From Eledone cirrhosa (taxonomy: Eukaryota), in NCBI GenBank assembly GCA_964016885.1, contig OZ024743.1, forward strand, positions 235,972,001 through 236,036,000: a stretch of DNA of 64,000 nucleotides, in the 5' to 3' direction. This document shows, one piece after another, positions 52,786-64,000 of this stretch. The notes under the pieces are model-generated. The model worked only from the letters and a program-made list of their open reading frames with translations, was not told the DNA's origin and did no database searches. A program made the translations under genes and the position numbers. Within the stretch, counting starts at the first letter, position 1. Every line of letters starts with the position of its first letter.

Positions 52786-53780
52786 TCTTCTTCTTCTCTC
52801 TTCCCCCCCCCCCCCCCGTCAGACTTGTGCGAAATTCTTTCCTTGCTCACATTTCAACCAGGTTTGATGGTCTTTTGTCTCTTGTTCACGATTTCACCGA
52901 GTTTATGTTCATAGAGATCTGGGACTTGTCTATTTCTTCTCACTTTCCGTTGCTTAAACCTTTTTGTTTGTTACCCTGGCGTCCCCTTTGTTTACGTGTC
53001 CCAACGACTTTTTTTAGCCGTTGTTCGCACCAACCTGAGGCATATGGCCCTTAAAGCGATGAAATGCCTGGGACGGTTGGAGGGTCACTGATGAAGGACT
53101 TACTTTTTCATATGCCCCACCATTTGCAACGGGCAGCCTATTATTATCATATTTACACATAATTTTTCTTCTGCTGCCACTCGTCTGTTCGTTACCTTTT
53201 ACCCTTTCTAGCAGTCTCTCTCTCTGTTAGCCTCCTCCTCAACTTTCACTCACTCATTCTCTGTCACTACCTCTCCTCCTCCTTCAAGTTTGACCTGCGA
53301 GTAATTCTTTTCTCGTGCGGTCTTGACCAAGCTGGTATGGAAATTTTTTTCTCTCTCTCTCTTTCGTCTGCGACTTCACAAAACTTATGTTTACCGAATT
53401 CGTAGACCAGACCCCTTTATCTTCTTCTTCTTCTCCCCCCCCCCCCCCGTCCGTCAGACTTGTGCGAAATTCTTTCCTTGCTCACATTTCAACCAGATTT
53501 GATGGTCTTTTGTCTCTTGTTCACGATTTCACCGAGTTTATATTCATAGAGATCTGGGACTTGTCTATTTCTCACTTTCCGTTGCTTAAACCTTTTTGTT
53601 TGTTACCCTGGCGTCCCCTTTGTTTACGTGTCCCAACGACTTTTTTTAGCCGTTGTTCGCACCAACCTGAGGCATATGGCCCTTAAAGCGATGAAATGCC
53701 TAGGACGGTTGGAGGGTCACTGATGAAGGACTTACTTTTTCATATGCCCCACCATTTGCAACGGGCAGCCTATTATTATC

Positions 53781-53781
<1 letters not shown>
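52786..53781. repeat. Two direct repeats of about 360 bp (52786-53151, 53420-53781) flanking about 270 bp; LTR- or pseudo-LTR-like element
   Basis: Near-identical copies (duplicate ORFs 52827 and 53387); each contains ctgatgaagga and ends tattattatcat. Confidence 0.8.
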
Positions 53782-54529
<748 letters not shown>

Positions 54530-54839
54530 TCATCATCATCATTTTACGTCCGCTTTTTCCTGGTTGCAAGGGTGGGATGGGAACTGATTCTGGCTTGATT
54601 TCTACAGCTGGATGCCCTTCCTAACACCAACCTCATTTACAGTGAGTGCTGGGTGCTTTTTTGCCGTGGCACCTCCACGACCAATTTGCAGTGGAATGAT
54701 ATGGACCCCAGTCCCTATCATCTCATTTCTACAGCTGAGTAAACTGGAGCAATGTGAAATAAAGTGTCTTGCTCAAGGAAGTCTGAGAATTGAACTCACA
54801 ACCTTTCGATTGCAAGGCCAATGCTCTAACCACTAAGCC

Positions 54840-54841
<2 letters not shown>
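54530..54841 (-). mobile_element. SINE family B copy
   Basis: Near-identical to 9297-9619. Confidence 0.88.
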
Positions 54842-54886
<45 letters not shown>

Positions 54887-55001
54887 TATATATATACACA
54901 CACAGACATATATACACACACGCATATATACATATATATATATACACACACGCACACATATATATATATACACACACATATATACATATATACACACATA
55001 C

Positions 55002-55032
<31 letters not shown>

Positions 55033-55099
55033 TATATATACACACACACACATATATATACACACACACACATATATACACACACACACACATATATAT

Positions 55100-55140
<41 letters not shown>

Positions 55141-55203
55141 CAAACACACACACATATCATCATCATCTTCGTTTAACGTCCATCTTCCACGCTAGCATGG
55201 GTT

Positions 55204-55234
<31 letters not shown>

Positions 55235-55553
55235 TGGTTAGAGCATTGGCCTTGCAATCAAAAGGTTGTGAGTTCAATTCTCAGACCGGGTGATGTGTTG
55301 TTTCCTTGAGCAAGACACTTTATTTCACATTGCTCCAGTTTACTCAGCTGTAGAAATGAGATGATAGGGACTGGGGTCCATATCATTCCACTGCAAAGTG
55401 GTCGTGGAGGTGCCACGGCAAAAAAGCACTCAGCACTCACTGTAAATGAGGTTGGTGTTAGGAAAGGCATCCAGCTGTAGAAATCAAGCCAGAATCAGTT
55501 CCCGTCCCACCCTTGCAAGCAGGGAAAAGCGGACGTAAAATGAAATGATGATA
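55235..55553 (+). mobile_element. SINE family B copy
   Basis: Reverse complement of 54530-54841. Confidence 0.88.
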
Positions 55554-56395
55554 TAAGAAAGTAAGTCCATAGAATCATTTGATAAAATATATACAGTATT
55601 TCTTCTCCCAATCAGCATAATCAACCACATAAAAAAATCAATTAAATGAGGCTATAAGTTTAAAATAGAAACAATAGATAAATAAATGATAGCTATTTTA
55701 TCCGCGATCAACAACCACAGAAGATTTACCCAGTATTTCTAATAGCCCGTAGAAATTGACCAGACATATAGCTAACCATACACAATTAGGTACAAAATCA
55801 AAGTTAGAAGAAAAAATGTACATAAACATACCAAAATTATGTTTCTACCCCATGAGATTTCATTCGCTTTTTGGAAATATCCGATCATGGATAAGTTTCG
55901 AAATCATCAGGAAACAAACTCAATTGGACAAAGATTTTTCTTAAATGATCCCCGCCAGAAACGAATTCAAAATGTCTAAGAATTGAAATATGCCAGTGGT
56001 CAAGTCAGAAAGCTTGTAATTGGTGCCTGACAGCGAGTAGGCTGGTTGCTAGAAAGCGCAGCCGAATACTGCCTAAAGTTTTACTCAACCTTACTGGAGT
56101 ATATAAACCTATATATATATATAAATATATGTGTGTGTGTGTGTATATATCGACAGTCGATCGACTTTCGTCAAATCGGTCCGAGGAAACAATGTTTCCA
56201 ATTGCTAATACTCTCTATTGGTCGCAACTCCAGGTAGCAGGAACAACGTGAAATAAAATATCTTGCCCAAAGACATAATGCATCGCTCAGTCTGGGAATC
56301 GAATTCACAACCTCACAATTGTGAATCTAATTCTCTAACCACTCAGCCACGCGCTGTATGTGTGTGTGGATATATATATATATATAAATGTGTGA

Positions 56396-56428
<33 letters not shown>

Positions 56429-56450
56429 TATGTATACATGTATATATAAA

Positions 56451-56605
56451 TCATCATTTTACGTCCGCTTTTCCTTGCTTGCAAGGGTGGGACGGGAACT
56501 GATTCTGGCTTGATTTCTACAGCTGGATGCCCTTCCTAACACCAACCTCATTTACAGTGAGTGCTGGGTGTATTTTTGCTGTGGCACCTCCACGACCACT
56601 TCTAC
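56451..56605 (-). mobile_element. SINE family B, deleted copy
   Basis: Same tail sequence with an internal deletion. Confidence 0.8.
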
Positions 56606-56810
56606 AGCTGAGTAAACTGGAGCAATATAAATATATATATATATTCAGCAATATAAATATATATATTCATTTAGGTTTGTTGGTTCACCACTGGATAGAA
56701 CTGGTCATTCCGTATAGTCAATCTTAATGTAATATTATGGAGAGCACTCGCCATAATGCAACGCACCCGTCTTCGTTTGTGTTGTTGGTGGTGCGAGTAC
56801 TGAGTTAATT

Positions 56811-57075
56811 ATTATAAAATAACAGGAGGCTGGACTCGTGTAATTCCTTAAAGGTTTATTATACTATGAACATTTCCATGACCGGGTTCAGTAAATGTTT
56901 GGCCGCTTTCTCGTCTCTCGGCCTTTTCAGCCCCATGGATTGTCTCTATTATATGTATTTGTTAAATTTTGAATACCTGATGATGTCACCAGATTCATAC
57001 TGAACCCAGTCAATGTTCATAGTTTAATAAACCTTTAAGGAATTACACCAGTCCAGCCTCCTGTTATTTTATAAT
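56811..57075. mobile_element. Inverted-repeat element (about 80-bp arms), possibly a Penelope-like pseudo-LTR remnant
   Basis: attataaaataacaggaggctggact...gggttcagta mirrored by tactgaaccc...agtccagcctcctgttattttataat; cctgatgatg...gaaccc(g/a)gtc hammerhead-like core followed by AATAAA. Confidence 0.55.
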
Positions 57076-57124
57076 ATATATATATATTTATTAGAAGATG
57101 TGGGAGATCCTTGGTACAGTTAGG

Positions 57125-57298
57125 TATATTTGAAAAAGAGGAAAAGAATGACTTCACTTGTAGTTCTAAACAATTTGATTTAATTTTATAATAATATAAT
57201 ATGATATTATGAGTTGGTATAATATTATAATATTATAAAATTAAATCAAATTGTTTAGAACTACAAGTGAGTCATTCTTTTCCTCTTTTTCAAGTATA
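57125..57298. repeat. Inverted duplication (about 58-bp arms, AT-rich spacer)
   Basis: ttgaaaaagaggaaaagaatgact...aacaatttgatttaa mirrored by ttaaatcaaattgtt...agtcattcttttcctctttttcaa. Confidence 0.92.
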
Positions 57299-57351
57299 TA
57301 TACAAATATATATATGTGTGTGTCTGTGTATACACACACACACATACATAC

Positions 57352-57441
57352 GTATAAGAAAATTTGTTGAATTTTTGTTGACAAGGAGATCAATACTGGA
57401 GTCAGATCCATAGCTTTCATAGGTGACTTTGAGCCAATCAT
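57352..57441 (-). CDS. Candidate 90-nt exon of an unidentified gene: (D)DWLKVTYESYGSDSSIDLLVNKNSTNFLI
   Basis: Acceptor ttattatcacctgttacag, donor C|gtatgt, length divisible by 3, open in two frames, unique sequence. Confidence 0.5.
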
Positions 57442-57572
57442 CTGTAACAGGTGATAATAAAAACATGGAAAAAAAACTTCCCTGTGCACCGAGTATTCAA
57501 TTTGGTATCGCCATAAGTAATTCACCAAATCATCTATACTCTCTCCCTCTCTTCTATATATATATATATATA

Positions 57573-60173
57573 ATCATCATCATCATCATCATCATCATTT
57601 AACGTCTATCTTACATGATAGCATGGGTTTAGATGGGAATTGTCCCACTTGAGGCAAGATTGGTCGTCTCGCTCATATGGGACTGTCTGGCAGGTTTTCT
57701 ATGGCTGGGTGCCCTTCCTAACACCAACCACGTTTACAGTGTGAACTGGGAGCTTTTTACCGTGTTACCTACATGGCCACATTACAGCGTGGACTGTGTG
57801 TTTTTTTTGTCGTGACACCTACACAACCTCATTAGTTTAGGACTGGATGTTGTGGTACCAACATAACTTTACAGAGAAAGGGGTGGTGTTGATGGGGGTG
57901 GGGTAGTTGGGGGAGTGGGAGGGGGTATATATTTGATTAAGAGGTGCCTACTGACTGTAGATTTCGCTTTGTACTTAGGCAAGGCGGGTTTTCTGTATTA
58001 CTGCGTGGCGCCAAAGATCTTGGTCCAGTGACATTGTCTTAGAGAGGTGTAAGTGTGTAAGGTCGGAATTTATCAAATCGTCCCAGGTTTTTCTAGGTCT
58101 GCCTACTCCGTAACTTTCGTCAATTTTGATCACCCTGCACTTTTTTATACAGCTGTCGTCTTTCATGCGCATCACGTGACCATACCAACGTAGTCTTCTC
58201 TCGAGTAAACAGCATCTGATCCCTCTTATACCTAATTTCTCACTTAGTTCATTTATGCTTTGCTGTTCACGTATATTACTATTACACATCCAGCGGAGCA
58301 TGCATGCTTCGTTCCTCTCCAGTCTGCGCAGATCCTCTGCACACAATGCCCATGTCTCACTGCCATGTAACATAGCTGTTCGTATGTAGGCATCATACAG
58401 TCTGCCTTTCATTTTTAAAGAGAAACCTTTAGCGGCCAATATTGTCATAAGCTCTCTGAACCTTTTCCATCCCGTTCTGACTCTGGCTACTGTACTTTCA
58501 GAGCACCCTCCCCCACTGCTGATTTTGTCACCCAGGTAATGGAAGGTGTCCACTATTTCTATAGAGCCATCTGGGCAATAGAAGGAGCTAGTATCCTGTG
58601 GGCGCTTGTTACTTATTGCACCTGAGCACTGGTCACATATAAAATCTACGTTCTTAGATAGCTTACCTGTGATTCCACTACATCTTTTATGCACCCATAC
58701 TTTGCATTTGGGACATAAAATGGAATTTCTGCCTACTCCTTTCCTACACACTGAGCATGGCCATTTCCCAGAGAGGACCTGTGCCCTATTTTCCTTCCTA
58801 CATACTAGAACTTTAGTCTTAGACAGGTTAATTTTAAGGCCTTTTGATTCTAGGCCATGCTTCCATGTTTGGAATTTCTTCAATAGTTCAGCCATCGATT
58901 CAGCTATGAGCGTTAGATCGTCTGCAGAAAGAAGTTCCCATGGGCAGCCGGTCTTGAACTCCTCTGTTATGGCCTGAAGGGCAATAATAAATAGGGTGGG
59001 GCTAAGGACAGAGCCCTGATGGACACCAACTTTTACGCTAAATTCTTCACTATATTCGTTGTTAATTCTAACCTTGCTGACTGTTTCTTTATACATGGCT
59101 TGTATAGCTCTCACAAGCCATTCATCAACACCTAGTTTTCTAAGAGCCCACCAGATAATGGCATGGGGGACTCTGTCAAAGGCTTTCTCCAGGTCTACAA
59201 AAGCTAAGTAGAGGGGTTTACTTTTAGCTAGGTACTTCTCCTGTAGTTGTTGTACAAGGAAAAGAGCGTCTGTGGTACTTTTACCTGACACAAACCCAAA
59301 CTGCATTTCATCTAGATCAATTTGCTCTCTGATTAGTTGCGCTATAACTTTTTCTGTGACCTTCATGACCTGGTCAATTAATTTAATGCCTCTATAGTTT
59401 CTTCTATCTAGTGCATCTCCTTTACCCTTGTAGCAGTTAATGATGATGCTGCTACGCCAGTTATTTGGTATGACCCCGTTCTGTATGACTTGGTTTACTA
59501 TCCGTGTGACCATAGTGTATCCCACCGTTCCAGATGCTTTCAGCATTTCGGCAACTATCTCCGAAGGCCCAGCTACCCTGTCTGTCTTCATATCTTTGAT
59601 TGCCTTACTTATTATACTACCTTCAACTTGCACTGCTGACCCCTCTATTGGATCGATGTGGAGCAGACTATCTTTGTCCCATTTATTCTCCTCATTTAGT
59701 AGCCTTTCGTAGTGACACTTCCAAGCTACCTTCTTATCAGCGTCAGTGATGGCAAGTACACCATTGTCATTACGGACACACTTCTTCCCGACAATATCAC
59801 GGTTTTCCTTGACACATTGCCTAGCAATCCTGAACACCTCATGTTTTTAGTGCTCGCGTTGTAGAACATGTTTGAACTTTCTTTCCTCTGCTTCCCTTCT
59901 TGCGAAGTACACTTGTCTCCTAGTTTCCCTCCTGGCCACTAGATAGTCTTCTCTACTTCCCCCATCCCGCCATACTTTCCAAGCCTGCTTTTTGGCCTTG
60001 ATTGACTCCTCCACCTTACTGTTCCACCATCAAGTTACTCTGCTCCTGCCTATAGGTCTGCTCCAGCCACAGATTTCATCTGTCACCTTCAGCAGGTTAA
60101 CTTTCAGGAATTCCTACTGTTCCTCTATATTGTACGACTCTAATTGCTCTTCCTTACTGTCAAAAGCATCAAG

Positions 60174-60175
<2 letters not shown>
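57573..60175 (-). mobile_element. 5'-truncated RTE LINE (ORF 57975-59837) with PHD insert; catalytic YADD mutated to SADD
   Basis: YKGKGD, NYRGIKL, QFGF, AFVDLEKAFDRV, HQGSVLSP, C4HC3 finger; 3' UTR and (GAT)n tail; (TA)n flanks. Confidence 0.96.
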
Positions 60176-60229
<54 letters not shown>

Positions 60230-60231
60230 TA

Positions 60232-61539
60232 CTAGCTGATGTACCCGGCTTCACCCGGGACAACAGTTAAGAGACGACGGATAAAAGAGAAAATGACTAA
60301 TGGATGTGTTGTCTGGTCTACAGAATGAGGTGAGACTGTAATGCGTGTGTGTATGAGAGACACACACAAAAAAAAAACAATCATATAACTTCCTTATTGG
60401 GCAGGGGGAGTAAACTGCCGATTAAATGGTAGCATTGGCTTTGGATTTTAAATGTTGTGAAATAACCATAGTCAGTATGATCTTTTTCAGCCCCAAAGGA
60501 CGTCATCTGAAACACAACAATATACTGCATAACATTGCTTCTGAAGTGTTTAGCTTCGTTAGTATGGACTGTAAGCAGTATATAGGTAAAAGCTGGAGGG
60601 TCCTTTATCAGTGGAAGTCTGACCTTCCCTCCTAAGCAACACATGCTAAGTGTAACATGCAACCAATCGCGACTTTAGGATCATTTCTATAATTCTTCGA
60701 AGGATCGTATGAAAACACAGCTCTTAGCCAGTTTGTTCTGTCTTGAAGAGTCCTTTGTGCTCGTCGAGTTTACATCGCAACTCTCATTGCCTCTTGGTCA
60801 TTTTCATATTGAACCTCTGTTGCGATCATCTTTCTTCTTGCCTTAACCTTTCTGTTCCCTGTCTCATGTTCTGCTGAATGTCACAATGTTGACTTGTCCC
60901 TTTATTCCCAAGTCTTTTTTTATATTGTTCGTGAGTTTCTCTTTTGCTTGAAGATTTCAACCGTTTAGTGGACATTGTAACTAATGTTTTGGTGACATGA
61001 TGAAATTAATTTTCTTGGAAAATATGAAAAAAAAAAAACAATACAAAGCAATATTTTTTTTTAAATTGAAATAATTGCAAATACCAGCCTTAGAGAAAAG
61101 GTTGACACTCTATCATCTGAATTAGATCAATAACAACATGACACTATCCTCAAAAAGATAAATCAATATACACCATAGATTAATTTCAAATAGTGTCAAT
61201 TTTTCTTTGTTCAGTAAAATGAAAGACTGGTGTAAAACGACTTTATAAAATCTAACCCAATATTGTTAAACCTTCAACTGATACTTTGATCTATAGTTTA
61301 AGCCGATTCTAGACTTTTGTGGGATGTCACTCTCTCTCTCTGAATATTTAACACTTTAATTGTATTTCTCTCTATATAACGGCCTATCTCTTTCTTTCTG
61401 TCTCTGTGTTTGTATGTATGTGAGAGAGAGAGAGAACCAACCAATAAACATCTCTCTTTTATATTATATATACAAGATATATAGTATAATTTAAGTTCCA
61501 TACAATGTTAAGTGTATTCCTTGGCCTTTTATCTACAGA
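60232..61539 (-). mobile_element. Internally deleted Helitron retaining a RepHel N-terminal fragment
   Basis: Minus strand: A|TCTGTAGATAAAAGGC start (tentative), cccgggtgaagccggg hairpin and CTAG|T end. Confidence 0.85.
60381..60662 (-). pseudogene. Helitron RepHel N-terminal fragment
   Basis: CCLGGKVRLP..PP...FQMTSFGA...TFKIQSQCYHLIGSLLP is the conserved segment upstream of the Rep domain in animal Helitrons. Confidence 0.88.
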
Positions 61540-61831
61540 TATCCTTTGTGTGTGTGTGTATATATTTATATAGGTCAGCTGACCAGACAGTACCCACAAC
61601 AGGACAACCCGTCTAACCCATGCTAGCATGAAAGAACGGACGTAAAATGGTAATGATGATGATATCCATATGTGGTTGATGACTGAGAGAAAAGAGTACT
61701 CAATACAAAAGTAGAGTTTTAATATTCGTTTTATTAAGGCTAAATAATAACCACCCCCACACTTCTTAATTTTCAGATTCCTCCCCTACTACTCTTACCC
61801 CCCCTCCTCTATTATTTGGGATCTGAGTGTA

Positions 61832-63027
61832 TCATAATCTATAAAGCTCAGTGTGTGGTCATGCTCCTTCGTCATAGAAATCTACGATATAGAATTTCTT
61901 CAATTGAAATTTACAATTCAGCACTCGAAATAGTTTCGATTGCATCTTGACGCAGATAATTTTTTTCAATTTCACCCACAATTATGCAAAAAATAGATAA
62001 AACTCAATATTTTACGATTTTTCTCTCTCATTTAAACTGCTGAACTCTTTCTACTACCATTCAAAATCTATACAACTTCATACTTTCTGCTACTTTCTCT
62101 TTCCAAGCTTGATGGCGATACTGTCCGTTCACACCACTCCCTACTGTCTTAAATTTAGAAAACTCATATCCTCTATGAGGTTACTAAACCTGCTAGAAAC
62201 AGCAGCTAACTCTCCCCCATATCACACCCCTCCCCACACCACTCCCTACTGTCTTAAATTTAGAAAACTCATATCCTCTATGAGGTTACTAAACCTGCTA
62301 GAAACAGCAGCTAACTCTCCCCCATATCACACCCCTCCCTACTGTCTTAAATTTAGAAAACACATATCCTCTATGAGGTTACTAAACCTGCTAGAAACAG
62401 CAGCTAACTCTCCCCCATATCACACCCCTCCCCACACCACTCCCTACTGTCTTAAATTTAGAAAACTCATATCCTCTATGAGGTTACTAAACCTGCTAGA
62501 AACAGCAGCTAACTCTCCTCCATATCACACCCCTCCCTACTGTCTTAAATTTAGAAAACATCTTCTATGAGGTCACTAAACCTGCTAGAAACAGCAGCTA
62601 ACTCTCCCCCATATCACACCACTCCCTACTGTCTTAAATTTAGAAAACACATATCCTCTATGAGGTCACTAAACCTGCTAGAAACAACAGCTAACTCTCC
62701 CTCATATCACAACCCTCCCTACTGTCTTAAATTTAGAAAACACACAGACAACCATGCAGAACTCCATCGCAGCTCTGTTGTTCGGCTGGCATTGTCTACG
62801 CGCGTGTTGCGCAAGTACTGTGAAACAATAAATTTCAACACTTTTTTGCACAGAGATAATATCCATAGGCGAAACTACAATTGTCACTGCTGGCGCAGCT
62901 CATGCTTCCAGGTCTGCAATTCATTCACCCAGTGCCTGGCACACAAAAAAGTGCTGCCATAAAATGGGTGGTGCAACCTAACTTTGGTAACTTAATGACC
63001 CCGAGCAACGCCGGGCTTTCATGCTAG
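61832..63027 (+). mobile_element. Non-autonomous Helitron with an internal tandem array
   Basis: A|TCATAATCTATAAAGC start, cccgagcaacgccggg hairpin, CTAG|T end. Confidence 0.85.
62130..62745. repeat. About 90-106 bp tandem repeat (about 6 units) inside the Helitron
   Basis: ctccctactgtcttaaatttagaaaa recurs seven times. Confidence 0.93.
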
Positions 63028-63099
63028 TATATCATTAAGGCATAAAAAATTGAAATGAGAAGACTGTTGAATCCTCATACATTGATATACGAGACAGCC

Positions 63100-63950
63100 C
63101 AAAGCACCCAGTCCTCACTGTAAAGTGGTTAAGTTGGTGTCACAACAAAAAGCACCCAGTCCACACTGTAAAGTGGTTGTGTTGGTGTCACAACAAAAAG
63201 CACCCAGTCCACACTGTAAAGTGGTTGTGTTGGTGTCACAACAAAAAGCACCCAGTCTACACTGTACTGTGGTTGTGTTGGTGTCACAACAAAAAGCACC
63301 CAGTCCACACTGTACTGTGGTTGTGTTGGTGTCACAACAAAAAGCACCCAGTCCACACTGTACTGTGGTTGTGTTGGTGTCACAACAAAAAGCACCCAGT
63401 CCACACTGTACTGTGGTTGTGTTGGTGTCACAACAAAAAGCATCCAGTCCACATTGTACTGTGGTTGTGTTGGTGTCACAACAAAATGCATCCAGTCCAC
63501 ACTGTACTGTGGTCATGTAGGTGTTACGACAAAAAGCATCCAGTCCACACTGTACTGTGGTTGTATTGGTGTCACGACAAAAAGCACCCAGTCCTCACTG
63601 TAAAGTGGTTGGGTTGGTGTCACGACAAAAGGCACCCAGTCCACACTGTACTGTGGTTATGTTGGTGTCACAACAAAAAGCACCCAGTACTCACTGTACT
63701 GTGGTGCTGTTGGTGTCACAACAAAAAGCACCCAGTACTCACTGTAAAGTGGTGATGTTAGTGTCATGACAAAAAGCACCCAGTGCACACTGGAAAGGTG
63801 GTTGGTGTTAGGAAGGGCATCTTGTTGTTGAAACCAAGCCAAAAACAGTTCTATGTGAGCAAAACACAGTCCTCAGACTTGGATGTCTCACAACAGGACA
63901 GCACGTCTTACCCATGCTAGCGTGGAAAATGGACATTAAACGATGATGAA
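63100..63950 (+). repeat. 48-bp minisatellite (about 14 units) expanded within an RTE-tail element
   Basis: Unit gtcacaacaaaaagcacccagtccacactgta(aa/ct)gtggttgtgttggt running into ggaagggcatc...acccatgctagcgtgg...(GAT)n. Confidence 0.92.
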
Positions 63951-64000
63951 GATATATATATATATATATACAGAGAGAGAGAGACATGAAAGTCAGAGGT

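Noticed and set aside
62109-62962. Repeat-protein ORFs (PYCLKFRK...)
   Set aside because: Translation of a tandem array inside a Helitron; the frame breaks between units.
63115-63769. Cys/His-rich ORFs resembling zinc fingers (also 7329-7851)
   Set aside because: 48-bp RTE 3' UTR-derived minisatellite that is open in several frames on both strands.

Overview
AT-rich, microsatellite-laden animal genomic DNA. The repeat complement suggests an octopus or other cephalopod (inference). Most of the window is transposable-element debris and tandem repeats: a near-full-length decayed CR1-type LINE, several 5'-truncated RTE LINEs whose RT carries an inserted PHD finger, a decayed Gypsy pol, one mariner (DD34D) and one maT-like (DD37D) transposon, five Helitron-type elements (one with a RepHel fragment, two joined head-to-tail), tRNA-derived SINEs, MITEs, Penelope-like remnants and about 12 minisatellite arrays (largest 6.9 kb of a 34-mer). 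One host exon is recognisable: an 85-nt minus-strand exon (7893-7977) encoding the IRBIT/AHCYL serine-rich motif RSRSVSQSSTDSYSS. A few other candidate exons are unassigned. The most notable observations are minisatellites born in place from TE coding sequence, unique-sequence fold-back duplications over or next to candidate exons (possible ADAR substrates), and inverted repeats bracketing the IRBIT exon. I found no firm evidence of a wholly new system. Most ORFs in the supplied track are microsatellite artefacts. Boundaries were read by eye and are approximate unless termini are quoted.
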